A stretch of DNA of 62,064 bases, filler included, from Desulfonatronovibrionaceae bacterium (GCA_046539845.1; 5 parts of 5 records of this genome joined end to end with filler, not necessarily neighbours in it); one strand, 5' to 3'; positions 47,785 to 57,944 are shown, counted from the whole stretch's first letter. Numbers and translations: made by a program. Notes: a model not told the origin generated them from the sequence alone.

Positions 47785-49725
47785 ATGGTTTTGGTCCGCG
47801 GCTTGCAGAATTATCTATCCACAGCTCACCAAATGCAGTGCCACGTACTTGTTTTCGGGCTCTTTTGCGGGTTGGCCGGGAAAAACCATAAAACAATGCC
47901 GAAAAACAAAATGGCTTTGAACAAAAACAGCTTCAAATTTTCCGTCCCGGAGAGGATTAAAAAGGGGCTTTCCCCCCATCTGATGCTTGCTGCCGGGCTT
48001 GCTATCTTTTTTGCCTTTTTGGCCCTGCGTATCCCGGTGCGCGCCGAGTTCCTCATAAACTGGGACGCTGTCAACTACGCCCTGGGGACCAAACTCTTCA
48101 GCCTAGAGCACCATCAGCCCCATCCTCCGGGGTACATCGGTTATGTCGCCCTAGGCTGGGTCCTAAACCACCTGACCGGAGACGCCAATTCCAGCCTGAC
48201 CCTGCTCAGCGCCTTGAGCGGGGCCGCAGCACCCGCCGCTCTTTTCCTTCTGGGATCGAACTTTATGCGCAGGCCCTATGCGGCAGTGGCTGCGGCAACC
48301 TTCGGACTCTCCCCGCTTGTATGGTACTACAGCGAGGTCGCTCTGGGCTATTCACTGGCCATGGCCCTGGCCCTTTTTTTTCTCTGGGCCGGATACCGGG
48401 CCTGGAAGGAAATCTCCGGGCCACATCTGTTTTGGGCCACAATCTTTCTTGTCCTTTTGGGCTCTGTACGGCAGAGCGGGGCATTGTTTCTTATTCCACT
48501 TTGGCTGTACATGGTCTGGCCCTTCCCCTGGCGCCGCCGCCTTCAGGCAGGGGCAATCCTGGTGGCCGGTAACCTGACTTGGCTTATCCCATTGATCGTC
48601 CTTGCCGGGGACGTGCACGCCTACTTCCGGGCCGCGGCCGACCTGGCTAGCTTGGCTGTTGCTCCCACTTCCCTTTTCTCCTTTGACATCTTCGGTCTGC
48701 TCCGCAACTTCTCTTTTGTCGCCGCCGGGATCCTGGTGGGCATAAACGGGGGCCTGCTCATAATTGTTTTGGCGCGCTGCACCGGATGTCGCCCCCTGCG
48801 CGGCTTGAGCAAAGGCGATAAGACATTCTTTTCCCTTTGGCTCGTTCCGTCGCTGGCCACCTATGTACTCATCCACACCGGACAACTGGGATACATCTTA
48901 ATGGTACTCCCTATAGGCTTTATTTGGGCGGGGATGGCTCTTGATGCTATGGCCCGGCAGGCCCATGAGACTCACCTGCTGGCTGCAGCAAAACACCGGG
49001 CGGCTCTGGCCTGGAAAAGTCTGGTGCTCTCGGCCCTGACTGTTATGTTCGCTCTGACCAATGTCCTGGGGTCTTTGTACATACCAAACGCTACTCACAC
49101 CCTGACCAGCACGGAAAACATGGATACCAAGCTGTTGGCCGGCCTGCCCAATCTGGACTCGCTCTCCGAGTCAAAGCGGGAAAGGATCAAGAACTGGGCC
49201 CGACAGTTCAATGTGGAGAAAAACGATGCATACTGGAAGGGGCTTATCCGCCTGATAGAGCGATTTGACCCGGACACCACGGCCGTGCTTGCCGAGCCCA
49301 CCGGCTCGGGCAGTTTCCGGCATTTGACCTATTATCTCCCCGAATTCAGGATCTATGGGGTGGGCAAGGACATAGAAAAGGACTTCGGGTACCTGTTCAA
49401 GGCTCACAACAGCAGCAGCGACTACACCGTGCAGGGACTGGAGGAGGCGGACAGGTCCCTGCGGCTGCCGGAGGGGATCACCCGGATCATTATTCCGGAC
49501 AAGGGGATATATTCCGGACTGAACAAAGACCAGGAACAGTGGGAGTTAAAAACGCTGCAGGACGGGAGCGAGGTGTTGGTCCTAGAGGTCCCGGAGCAAT
49601 CCTTGCTGCTGTTTTTTGGGGACGAGGACTCGGACCGGGACGCAGCCGTGATCCCGCCGCTGCAGGACCGGCTCCACAGCCGGGCCCAAAACGGTCACCA
49701 AGACCATAGTATAACCCGCAACTAA
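47785..49725 (+). CDS. Polytopic GT-C-type glycosyltransferase (DUF2723/PMT-like)
   Basis: First-loop WDAVNYALG...HQPHPPGY, SPLVWYYSEVA..Y, about 10-11 TM and a soluble C-terminal domain; the true start may be downstream (about 47896-47911). Confidence 0.7.
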   Translation: MVLVRGLQNYLSTAHQMQCHVLVFGLFCGLAGKNHKTMPKNKMALNKNSFKFSVPERIKKGLSPHLMLAAGLAIFFAFLALRIPVRAEFLINWDAVNYALGTKLFSLEHHQPHPPGYIGYVALGWVLNHLTGDANSSLTLLSALSGAAAPAALFLLGSNFMRRPYAAVAAATFGLSPLVWYYSEVALGYSLAMALALFFLWAGYRAWKEISGPHLFWATIFLVLLGSVRQSGALFLIPLWLYMVWPFPWRRRLQAGAILVAGNLTWLIPLIVLAGDVHAYFRAAADLASLAVAPTSLFSFDIFGLLRNFSFVAAGILVGINGGLLIIVLARCTGCRPLRGLSKGDKTFFSLWLVPSLATYVLIHTGQLGYILMVLPIGFIWAGMALDAMARQAHETHLLAAAKHRAALAWKSLVLSALTVMFALTNVLGSLYIPNATHTLTSTENMDTKLLAGLPNLDSLSESKRERIKNWARQFNVEKNDAYWKGLIRLIERFDPDTTAVLAEPTGSGSFRHLTYYLPEFRIYGVGKDIEKDFGYLFKAHNSSSDYTVQGLEEADRSLRLPEGITRIIIPDKGIYSGLNKDQEQWELKTLQDGSEVLVLEVPEQSLLLFFGDEDSDRDAAVIPPLQDRLHSRAQNGHQDHSITRN

Positions 49726-49797
49726 CCCCGGACAATAACTGGGCCCGAAGCAGAGAGAACCGTAGACAGGGCTTTGGCCCCGGCCATGGACAAGCTG

Positions 49798-50631
49798 CTA
49801 CTGGCCCGCACCCGCTCCATCCAGGATATTCCCTATCTCGGACATCAACTCCTGGAACGTGTAGGGCTTGGCTATATATCCGCGGGCACCTCTGGCCAGA
49901 GACTCCCTGGCCTGGCCCTCTGAAGAGTAGCCGCTGGCTATGAGCACCTTGGCCTCCGGGTCGATGCGCAATACTTCTTCCAGACATTTAAAACCGCCCA
50001 TACCGGGCATGTTCAAGTCCAAAATCACCAGCTCCACGTCTGTTTCCCGCCTGGACAACATCTCCAGGGCCTCCTCTCCGCTCTTTGCGGCCCAAGCAAC
50101 ATATCCGGAGGACTGAAGCATTTCCGCGGTCAAATCTAGTATTTCGGGTTCGTCATCAACCACCAGTATGGTTTCCCCGCCCTGCCGGGTGGAGGCCTCC
50201 GGTTGGCAGATATCTTCCAACACATTGGCCCCGGGCAGCGCCGGCCAGTAAATGCGAAACATTGTCTCCTCTCCGGGACGACTAACGCATTCGATATGTC
50301 CATTGTGCGCCTTGACTATCCCGTAGACCGAGGACAGGCCAAGTCCGGTTCCCCGACCCTTTTCCTTGGTGGTATAAAACGGATCAAAGATATGTTTCCG
50401 GCTGTGCTCATCCATTCCCTGCCCGGTATCCGAGACAAGCATGCATACGTAGTCCCCGGCCTCCAGGCCCGGGTACTGCCGGGCATCCAGGGAGAGGTTA
50501 AAGGTCTTAATTGACAGCTTACCTCCCTCGGGCATGGCATCTGCAGCATTCGACCCCAGATTCATGATTACCTGCTCCACCTGGGCCGGATCCGCATTCA
50601 CCGGCCACAAATCTTCAGCCAGGCTTAATCT
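49798..50631 (-). CDS. Hybrid histidine kinase C-terminal part (HATPase-REC), truncated
   Basis: QVIMNLGSNAADAM, FDPFYTTK, GTGLGL and REC ILDLNMP. Confidence 0.88.
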   Translation of the reverse strand, partial: RLSLAEDLWPVNADPAQVEQVIMNLGSNAADAMPEGGKLSIKTFNLSLDARQYPGLEAGDYVCMLVSDTGQGMDEHSRKHIFDPFYTTKEKGRGTGLGLSSVYGIVKAHNGHIECVSRPGEETMFRIYWPALPGANVLEDICQPEASTRQGGETILVVDDEPEILDLTAEMLQSSGYVAWAAKSGEEALEMLSRRETDVELVILDLNMPGMGGFKCLEEVLRIDPEAKVLIASGYSSEGQARESLARGARGYIAKPYTFQELMSEIGNILDGAGAGQ

Positions 50632-50731
50632 NNNNNNNNNNNNNNNNNNNNNNNNNNNNNNNNNNNNNNNNNNNNTTAATTAATTAANNNNNNNNNNNNN
50701 NNNNNNNNNNNNNNNNNNNNNNNNNNNNNNN
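50632..50731. other. Artificial contig linker
   Basis: N44-TTAATTAATTAA-N44. Confidence 0.98.
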
Positions 50732-51091
50732 TGGTGGAGGCGGCGGGAGTCGAACCCGCGTCCGGGAATTATCCGCTCGAGGTCTCTACAGGCTTAGTCC
50801 CGGGTTTGGTTTCATCCCGACATATTCCCCGGAACCAGAAATGTCGGGACTAGTCCGGGTAAAGTTCTCGTCACAATGTCACCGGACAGGGCATCGCGAC
50901 CAGCCTGATGGTGTCGTCGTCTTTTTCAGCCTATCAGGCATCGGCTGAAAAGACGCTGGCAAATCTATGCAGCCAGAGCGTAGTCGTAGTCGTTGGCACT
51001 TGTGTGCTGTCCGCGTTTTTAACGAGGTCCACGCGGTACCTCGGCCTGCTACCTCGGCTTCAACCATCCCCGTCGAAACCATGGCGCCCCC
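50732..51091 (-). ncRNA. ssrA: tmRNA (360 nt), tag peptide ANDYDYALAA
   Basis: 5' GGGGGCG pairs with 3' CGCCUCC-ACCA including the G3-U alanine identity pair; T-arm GCGGGUUCGACUCCCGC; tag ORF at 50997-50965 ending LAA-stop. Confidence 0.97.
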
Positions 51092-51102
51092 TTACTCTTA
51101 TG

Positions 51103-51131
51103 TATATAATGCACTTCCGGTCTACTGACAA
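51103..51131 (-). promoter_or_regulatory. Putative sigma70 promoter of ssrA
   Basis: TTGTCA-N17-TATATA, 11 nt upstream of the mature 5' end. Confidence 0.45.
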
Positions 51132-51151
51132 GGGGTAAGGGTGTGTTAAAT

Positions 51152-51167
51152 TGGCCCGCCTTTTGTA
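51152..51167 (+). promoter_or_regulatory. Possible sigma54 promoter of fliK-flgD-flgE
   Basis: TGGCCC-N5-TTGTA; the -12 element is GT rather than canonical GC. Confidence 0.4.
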
Positions 51168-51192
51168 ATACCCCCTATCAAGGAGGCCAGAC

Positions 51193-53055
51193 ATGCAATT
51201 TTTGCCGTTAAATACCCAGTTGGATCTACTTTCATCCGGATCTAGAGAAAGAGATTTCCAGGCCCGGGGCGATTCTTTCGCCTCGGATTTTGACAGCTTT
51301 ATGCGTGCCGGGGGGAGAGAGGAGGATGCATTGGCCTCGTCCTCTTTGGATGAGGCAAGAAAAGCTGTCTCCGAACTCGAGGATAGATTTGCTGCGTGGG
51401 AACAAAAATTGGGGCCTGACAACAATGATCAATCAGATCATGGGAGCTTTTTGCAGGAAGTTGTGGACCGGGAAGATTTTGCCGCTTTAAGGGGAAAACT
51501 CGAAGAGTACGGAGTGAGTGAGGAAGAGATCTTGGAGTTGGAGAAGAAAGTGGCTGACGGTGAACTCTCCTGGGAAGGCCTTTTGGCCGAACTGGAAGAG
51601 ATAAGCGCCAAGGAGTCCAAGGTAGAACTCGCCGGAGGGGACAAGGAAAGGATCCAGGTCCTGCTGCGCCAGATCGGATTTTCCGCTGACGAGGGTCGGG
51701 AGGTCTTGAAGCAGCTTGAGTCCGGAGATCTGGACAAAGCATTTTCCCGGATAATGGCCAAACTTCGGGATATGTCCGAGGACAAGCACATATCCGTGTC
51801 TGAGAGGGACTTTCAGGCCCTTGCCCGGGCCTTTGGATTGAAGGACCCGGGGTTTGAGTTCCCTTACGGCCAAAAAGGCAGATTGAATCAGGAGCAGTTG
51901 CAGCATATCCTTTCCAGCCTGAAGCAAGAGAACTTGCGGAGCAAAGATTCGGTTCTCATGCAGGGCCTGGAGGAACTCAGGCGGGGAGAGATAAGTGCAA
52001 GGGAGCTCTTGGAGCGTTTGGCTCAAAGCGGGGATAAGGATAAGGACTCGATTCTGGAAGCCGCTTTCAAGCTGGCGGTCAAGGCCAAAAAGGAAGGCAA
52101 AGAGTTTGACAGTGTTGAGGACAAAAAGAATTTTTATCGAGCAATGGCCGATCAGGAAAAGGACCGCAACGCAAAGGGAAAGTTGGGAACTGACACCCGG
52201 TCCGAAGACAAGGAGGCCAAAATTGCCTCTGAATCCCAAGGCAAACGAGCTTCAGAGACCGAGAATGCCGGAAAAGCAGTGCGGGATAAGGTAGTGCACT
52301 CAGACGGTGAGGGGAAAAACAGTCAATCCAAGGGGGAATCAGCAGCTGCCGGGGATAAAAAGGTGGATATCCGTGCTGGTCAAAATCAGGGCGGTGGAAA
52401 TGAAAAAGAGCAAAATGAATCCAGGGAGAACGCCAAAAGCTGGAAGGAACTCTTGGGCAAGCTCAAATCCTCGGATGATGGCTCGGTAAAGGAAAATAAC
52501 AGTAGTAAGCAGGCCTTTTTCCAGGCCACCAATCTGAATGATGTCCTTGAGTCCAAGCAGATAAAGAACCCGGCAACTGGGCAGAAGGTCCCGGCCAGCC
52601 GGATAATGGAGCAGATCCAGCAGGGGATTTTCAAAAATTTGGGCCAGGGCCGTTCGCAGATGAGCCTACAGCTCAATCCTCCGCAGCTCGGTTCCATTTC
52701 CCTTATCCTGCACGTCAAAAACAACGAGGTTCAGGCCATGATAAAGACCACGAGCCACGATGTGACGCACACAGTGCAGGAGAATATGGCTCAGCTTAAA
52801 TCCAGTCTGGAACAGCAGGGTCTTAGGGTGAACCGTATGGATGTCCAGACTCAACTGCGCCAGGATTCGCACCTGCAGGACGGGAACTGGCAGGGAACTG
52901 AGCAGCATAACGAGGCCCGGGAGCGTCTGCGCCGGGGGGGACGCATGGGGTTTTTGCGCGATCTCGAAGAGCAGGGAGAAGAAATGGTCCGGGAAGTGCA
53001 AATGATAAAGTACGGAGAAAATATTTCCCAGTCCGGATTGGACATGTTTGCCTAA
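51193..53055 (+). CDS. fliK: Flagellar hook-length control protein
   Basis: Low-complexity charged middle region; C-terminal LQLNPPQLGSI...LKSSLEQQGL; lies before flgD. Confidence 0.88.
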   Translation: MQFLPLNTQLDLLSSGSRERDFQARGDSFASDFDSFMRAGGREEDALASSSLDEARKAVSELEDRFAAWEQKLGPDNNDQSDHGSFLQEVVDREDFAALRGKLEEYGVSEEEILELEKKVADGELSWEGLLAELEEISAKESKVELAGGDKERIQVLLRQIGFSADEGREVLKQLESGDLDKAFSRIMAKLRDMSEDKHISVSERDFQALARAFGLKDPGFEFPYGQKGRLNQEQLQHILSSLKQENLRSKDSVLMQGLEELRRGEISARELLERLAQSGDKDKDSILEAAFKLAVKAKKEGKEFDSVEDKKNFYRAMADQEKDRNAKGKLGTDTRSEDKEAKIASESQGKRASETENAGKAVRDKVVHSDGEGKNSQSKGESAAAGDKKVDIRAGQNQGGGNEKEQNESRENAKSWKELLGKLKSSDDGSVKENNSSKQAFFQATNLNDVLESKQIKNPATGQKVPASRIMEQIQQGIFKNLGQGRSQMSLQLNPPQLGSISLILHVKNNEVQAMIKTTSHDVTHTVQENMAQLKSSLEQQGLRVNRMDVQTQLRQDSHLQDGNWQGTEQHNEARERLRRGGRMGFLRDLEEQGEEMVREVQMIKYGENISQSGLDMFA

Positions 53056-53070
53056 AAGGAGAGCCAAGAC

Positions 53071-53787
53071 ATGCAGGCAGGAGCAATGGACGATATTTTG
53101 GGTGCATATGAGCGCGAGCTGGCTGACAAGGAAAAGGCCACCGGCGACTCTTCAGAGCTGGGAAAACAGCAGTTTCTGGAACTTTTGACCACCCAGCTGG
53201 AACACCAGGATCCTCTGGATCCCATGGACGATAAGAAATTCGTGGCCCAGCTGGCTCAGTTTTCCAGTCTGGAGCAGCTGACCAATATCTCCGGCGGGAT
53301 CGACTCCCTGAACAAGAATTCCGATCAGGAGGAAATGCTCGGGGCGGTGAATTATATCGGCAAGCAGGTCCTGGCCGAAGGGGATTCCATTTACAAGGAA
53401 GGGGATCAGGTGTCTTCGGTGTACTTTTCCCTGGATGAGCAGGCAGCCAATACCTATGCCAATGTCCTGGATAAAAACGGAAACATTATCCAGTCGGTCA
53501 ATCTTGGATCATTCCAGCCGGGCGACTATACCTATACCTGGGACGGCAAGAATTTTAACGGCAATGAGGCCTCCAACGGGGAGTACAAAGTGACGTTCTC
53601 GGCCACTGACAGCAAGGACAAGTCGGTTATGGTGGACAAGCAGGTGGCCGGAGAGGTCGTGGGACTGGAAAGGAATGACGGTGTAGCTTCATTGGTGCTA
53701 AGCGGCGGCCGGACGATAGAGTTCTCCAGGGTAAAGGAGGTGGTCGGCGACTCGACTTCTGAAGACAGTGAGGAATCATCCGGATAA
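53071..53787 (+). CDS. flgD: Flagellar hook capping protein
   Basis: [33 protein letters not shown] and YTWDGK motifs. Confidence 0.95.
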   Translation: MQAGAMDDILGAYERELADKEKATGDSSELGKQQFLELLTTQLEHQDPLDPMDDKKFVAQLAQFSSLEQLTNISGGIDSLNKNSDQEEMLGAVNYIGKQVLAEGDSIYKEGDQVSSVYFSLDEQAANTYANVLDKNGNIIQSVNLGSFQPGDYTYTWDGKNFNGNEASNGEYKVTFSATDSKDKSVMVDKQVAGEVVGLERNDGVASLVLSGGRTIEFSRVKEVVGDSTSEDSEESSG

Positions 53788-53812
53788 CGGAATATAGATA
53801 CAGGAGGAAGAT

Positions 53813-55426
53813 ATGGGACTTTCAGCATCTCTTTACGCCGGGACCAGCGGCCTTAAAGGCCACGGCGAGGCCATGTCGGTTGTTGGCAACAACATCTCCA
53901 ATGTGAGCACCGTGGGATACAAAGGTTCCCGCATGCATTTCGAGGATGCCCTGAGCCAGGAGATCACCACCGCCTCCGGGGTGGGGCAGGTCGGACGCGG
54001 TGTCCAGGTGGGGGGGGTGATGGCCAATTTCTCCCAGGGTTCCCTGGAGACGACCACTGAATCCACGGACCTGGCCATTGGCGGGAACGGATTCTTCCAG
54101 GTCTCCCCTGCGGGCGAGGAGATCGACTACTATACCCGGGCCGGTAATTTTCGCTTTGACCAGGAAGGATATCTGGTGGATCCGCACGGTTATCGGGTCC
54201 AGGGCTGGGAGGTTGATCAGGATGAGACCAGTTCAGCTGCAACCGGGGAGAGCGCATCCAACGACCGGGAGGGAGTGCAGATAACCGGGGTGCCCGGAGA
54301 TATCCGCTTGGAGAATTTCCAGTCCCCGCCCGAGGTCACTTCGCGAGTGGACATGATCGCCAATCTGGATTCCGGGAGCACGGACAACAGCACCAGTGCC
54401 TCGGATCCGTTTTTTGCCATGTTCGATTACTGGGACGCTGAACAGGACACCCCGCTTGGAGACAGTTTGTACGCCTATCAGAGTACCATAAAAACCTACG
54501 ATGAAAACGGTACCTCGCACGACATGACCGCATATTTCGACCCGGTGAGCGAGGATATAAGCGGCACCGGCGGTAATCAGTATTGGGAATACATGGTCAC
54601 AGTTAATCCGGATGAGGACAACCGCACTTTTTGGAATTCGGCAGGCAGCGAGGAAAAACGCGGTGTGCTTATGACCGGGACGCTTGAATTTAATTCCGCC
54701 GGAGAGCTGTCCAATATGAGCGGATATACCCTGAGTGATGCCTCCGGAAACGTCAACGACTTGTCTGATTGGAGCCCGGCCCAGTTCTCTCAGGATGGAT
54801 ATCCCATTTGCACTCCCAATTTTTTGGGCAATACGGATGCGGATTTTACCCATGAGGATGACGCCGAGAATATAGAAATAAACTTTGGCTTGAGAAACAG
54901 GGACCTGAGCGGTACAGGCTGGGATGGAACAGGCACTGACCCGGCCACCATAGGCTCGAATGTCGGGGACCTTATTGGCTTTCAGGATTCGCAGCGCAGC
55001 GCCCAGGCCATGACCAATTACAGTACCGGGTCGACAACCATATTCCAGTCCCAGGATGGATACGGCCCGGGGTATCTGGAGAATATCTCCGTGGACCGTG
55101 ACGGGGTGCTTACCGGCAACTACTCCAACGGACAGGTCCTGGAACTCTACGCCCTGACCCTGGCTGATTTTAATAACGAATACGGTCTAAACCGCGAAGG
55201 GGGCAATCTCTTTTCCGAGACCAGGTCGTCCGGTCCGGCTCTTACCAACCTGGCCGGGACCGGCGGGCTAGGCACTGTGGCCTCCAATTCCCTTGAGCAG
55301 TCCAATGTGGATCTGGCCACGGAGTTCGTGAAGATGATCACCACGGAAAAGGGCTTTCAGGCCAATTCCAAGACCATAACTACCACCGATAACCTCTTGA
55401 GTACCCTGATCAATCTCAAGAGATAA
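53813..55426 (+). CDS. flgE: Flagellar hook protein
   Basis: VVGNNISNVSTVGYK, DLAIGGNGFF, YTRAGNF and LEQSNVDLATEF...FQANSKTITT. Confidence 0.95.
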   Translation: MGLSASLYAGTSGLKGHGEAMSVVGNNISNVSTVGYKGSRMHFEDALSQEITTASGVGQVGRGVQVGGVMANFSQGSLETTTESTDLAIGGNGFFQVSPAGEEIDYYTRAGNFRFDQEGYLVDPHGYRVQGWEVDQDETSSAATGESASNDREGVQITGVPGDIRLENFQSPPEVTSRVDMIANLDSGSTDNSTSASDPFFAMFDYWDAEQDTPLGDSLYAYQSTIKTYDENGTSHDMTAYFDPVSEDISGTGGNQYWEYMVTVNPDEDNRTFWNSAGSEEKRGVLMTGTLEFNSAGELSNMSGYTLSDASGNVNDLSDWSPAQFSQDGYPICTPNFLGNTDADFTHEDDAENIEINFGLRNRDLSGTGWDGTGTDPATIGSNVGDLIGFQDSQRSAQAMTNYSTGSTTIFQSQDGYGPGYLENISVDRDGVLTGNYSNGQVLELYALTLADFNNEYGLNREGGNLFSETRSSGPALTNLAGTGGLGTVASNSLEQSNVDLATEFVKMITTEKGFQANSKTITTTDNLLSTLINLKR

Positions 55427-55452
55427 ACACCCATATTAGTCCCCCTGTACAC

Positions 55453-55490
55453 AAAGCCCGGCACTCAGTAAAATTGAGTGCCGGGCTTTC
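55453..55490 (+). terminator. Terminator-like hairpin after flgE (REP-like hairpin copy 3)
   Basis: aaagcccggcactca / tgagtgccgggcttt 15-bp stem. Confidence 0.65.
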
Positions 55491-55571
55491 GGTTTGGATT
55501 TTGCATAAGGTATTTTTAAGGTCCTTTGGTTATGGAGAGTAAAGAATGGGTAAACAGGTACTGGAGTAGAT

Positions 55572-57344
55572 ATGGACGCATTTGCCTGCCTGAAGGATAA
55601 TCTACTGGCCCTGGAAAAAACCGCCCCGGAGTTTGCGGCCTGGTTTAGGGAACATAAGGACAGCTGGTCCGGCTGGAAAGATCAAGTATTTTTTAATGCC
55701 CGGGGCTGGCTGGATATAAGCCTATCCGGGAAGAAGACGCTTCTGGAGACGATCCCTCCGCAGGCATATTACTCCGATTGGAAACCGGAGTTGAGTGGAG
55801 TCAAAGGGGCGTCAATAATCTCCGGGTGCAATCTGGGCTACGGGATAAACGCCCTTTTGGGCCGCACCGCACCGGGACATAAAATCGCTGTGACCGACCC
55901 CAGTCCGCAGATGCTTGCCTTGTGTTTGGGAGTTACTGACTACCGCCAACTTTTGCTCCAGGGCAGGCTGGTTTTTTTCCCCCCGTATAAACAGGCCCAG
56001 GAAGATATCCTTTTGGGTATGAACCTCCAATTTTACCACGGTGGGGTATATTTCTGGGCGGATACCCCGAGCATGCAAATCGGACCGGAGTATGAACGGC
56101 TCAATCTGCAGTGCCGGGATGTCCTGCAGAAATACAAGGTCCAGACCGGGACGTTGCGTAGAAGACAGGACGCGATAGTCGCCAACGAGCTGGACAACTA
56201 CGGCCGGGCCTTTGAAGACGGCTCTCTGGGGGATGTCCAGGGGTTTATGAAAGACAAGAGCGCGTTGGTTTTGGGGGCCGGGCCGTCTCTGGAAAAATTC
56301 GGCCCTGATCTGGCTGAAAGCGCATCAAACAAGGCGGTCTTAGCGGCCGGCCTGCAGACTCTGCCCGCCCTGGCCAGATTGGGGATAAAGCCGCATGTGT
56401 GTATGGCCATAGATTTCACTTCCGCCCTGTTAAACCCCCTGGAAAGGTTGGACAAAAAATGGCTCCGGGACATACCGTTTGTCTATTCCACCAAAGTCCA
56501 TCCTGAGGTGGTCAGGCGTTACCCCGGCCCGAGGGCGGCCATGTGGACGCGGGGCGGGCTGGGCACGCTGGTGTTTAAAAACAGAGGGATTTTGCTGGAT
56601 ACCGGAGGTTCGGTAAATGTGGCTTTGGTTCGCCTTTTTCTGGAGATGGGGGTAAAGCGTATTGTATTTGCCGGGATGGATTTCGGCTGGAAGGGGGAAT
56701 CTTCTCATGCCCCGGGACACCATGCTGCGGAACTGCGCAGAGGAAAAGGAGTCAAAGGGGTTGAGGCTCGCAAAAACGCGGATCAGGAAATCGTGTATTC
56801 CACCCCTTCTTATCTTACTTCCCTGTGGGAGCTAGAGAAGACCGTTGCCCTGCATCCGGATGTGGATTTTGGGAATCTTTTCGGCGGATATATGGACATC
56901 CAGGGGGTGCCGAGGCTGGAGGTCCAAGATCTAATAAAATCTCTAGGGTCTGACGACTCGGGCCAAGATTCACATCCCGGCGGGCTCTGCCTGTGGGCGT
57001 TCAAGGACTCCTCCAGGCCGGTCTTTGAAAAAAGAGGCGGGCAGTGGTCGTCATCTTTGCGCCGGGCGGAAAAGAGGCTGGAGCGCCTTTTTTCCCGGCC
57101 GGAAAAAAACCGGGAGGATATTAGGCGCACCCTGGCCGAGATCCGGATGTTCGTCAGCCAGGATCCCCTTTATTTGACCTATCTGCAGCCGGAGATAATG
57201 GATATAAGCGCGTTGGAAAAGTTCAATGTCCAGTATTTCCCAGCTGATCTGGTTCGTTTGAAGCAGATCGTGCAGCATATCCTGAAAAAGGTCAGGCATG
57301 TGGATCGGACGGCCGGAAATTCCGGCCTTAGCGGGGCCGCATGA
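55572..57344 (+). CDS. Motility-associated factor (Maf/DUF115-type) putative flagellar glycosyltransferase
   Basis: ALVLGAGPSL, GIKPH.C.AID and GGSV...G...IVFAGMDF......HA.G; flagellar context. Confidence 0.75.
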   Translation: MDAFACLKDNLLALEKTAPEFAAWFREHKDSWSGWKDQVFFNARGWLDISLSGKKTLLETIPPQAYYSDWKPELSGVKGASIISGCNLGYGINALLGRTAPGHKIAVTDPSPQMLALCLGVTDYRQLLLQGRLVFFPPYKQAQEDILLGMNLQFYHGGVYFWADTPSMQIGPEYERLNLQCRDVLQKYKVQTGTLRRRQDAIVANELDNYGRAFEDGSLGDVQGFMKDKSALVLGAGPSLEKFGPDLAESASNKAVLAAGLQTLPALARLGIKPHVCMAIDFTSALLNPLERLDKKWLRDIPFVYSTKVHPEVVRRYPGPRAAMWTRGGLGTLVFKNRGILLDTGGSVNVALVRLFLEMGVKRIVFAGMDFGWKGESSHAPGHHAAELRRGKGVKGVEARKNADQEIVYSTPSYLTSLWELEKTVALHPDVDFGNLFGGYMDIQGVPRLEVQDLIKSLGSDDSGQDSHPGGLCLWAFKDSSRPVFEKRGGQWSSSLRRAEKRLERLFSRPEKNREDIRRTLAEIRMFVSQDPLYLTYLQPEIMDISALEKFNVQYFPADLVRLKQIVQHILKKVRHVDRTAGNSGLSGAA

Positions 57345-57488
57345 ATACAGAGAACAGAGTACATATAAGTCAAGTAGTTATGTGTGACGCGTTGTTTGGC
57401 TTCACCTGCTTGAATGTTTTTGCGTTTTGCCGGAAAGGGGCGCCCTGGTGCGGGCCGGAATTCGCGATTCTTTCTTTCCGCTCATCCA

Positions 57489-57848
57489 TTAAAGGTTTTT
57501 GTTCATGATTGCGCCCAGCATGTTTTCAATGGATTCGGACAGCTTGAGTATTTCGTCCGGCGGAATCTTGCGGATGACTTCGTCTTTTTCCGGGTCAATG
57601 ACCTTTACCTGCATCTGTTCCGAGTCTCGATCCACGTGGAACTCCAGCTTGACATCCAGGGAGTTTGCATATTTTTGCAGGGAGGCGGCAGTCTTTTCGA
57701 TTCTCTCCGCGTTTGTCAGCTCGCTAAGTTCCTTGCTCGCGGAAGGATCTTTGTGTACTCCTCTTTGCTGCTCCCGGGAATGGTCCTGCTGAGTGCGGAC
57801 CGCATTAAGCGGGCTGCTTTCATAGTGTTGCTGTGCCTCTATTTTCAT
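57489..57848 (-). CDS. flaG: Flagellar protein FlaG
   Basis: LEFHVD......VKVID....EVIRKIPPDEIL motif; GGAGG RBS. Confidence 0.92.
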   Translation of the reverse strand: MKIEAQQHYESSPLNAVRTQQDHSREQQRGVHKDPSASKELSELTNAERIEKTAASLQKYANSLDVKLEFHVDRDSEQMQVKVIDPEKDEVIRKIPPDEILKLSESIENMLGAIMNKNL

Positions 57849-57905
57849 AATCCCCTCCGTTGACCGGCGTCCACGCCGTGCTTGGCGTTTTTTGCCTTTT
57901 CTTTT

Positions 57906-57932
57906 TTATCGGCAGCAAGACGGAAAACTTTA
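57906..57932 (-). promoter_or_regulatory. Sigma28 (FliA) promoter of flaG
   Basis: Exact consensus TAAA-N15-GCCGATAA on the minus strand. Confidence 0.85.
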
Positions 57933-57944
57933 ATTAGGAAGAGT

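Noticed and set aside
12932..50731. Four identical TTAATTAATTAA motifs flanked by Ns
   Set aside because: Artificial linkers. Adjacency across them is not biological, so cross-contig links (for example pilus operon with arabinose pathway) are not supported by synteny.
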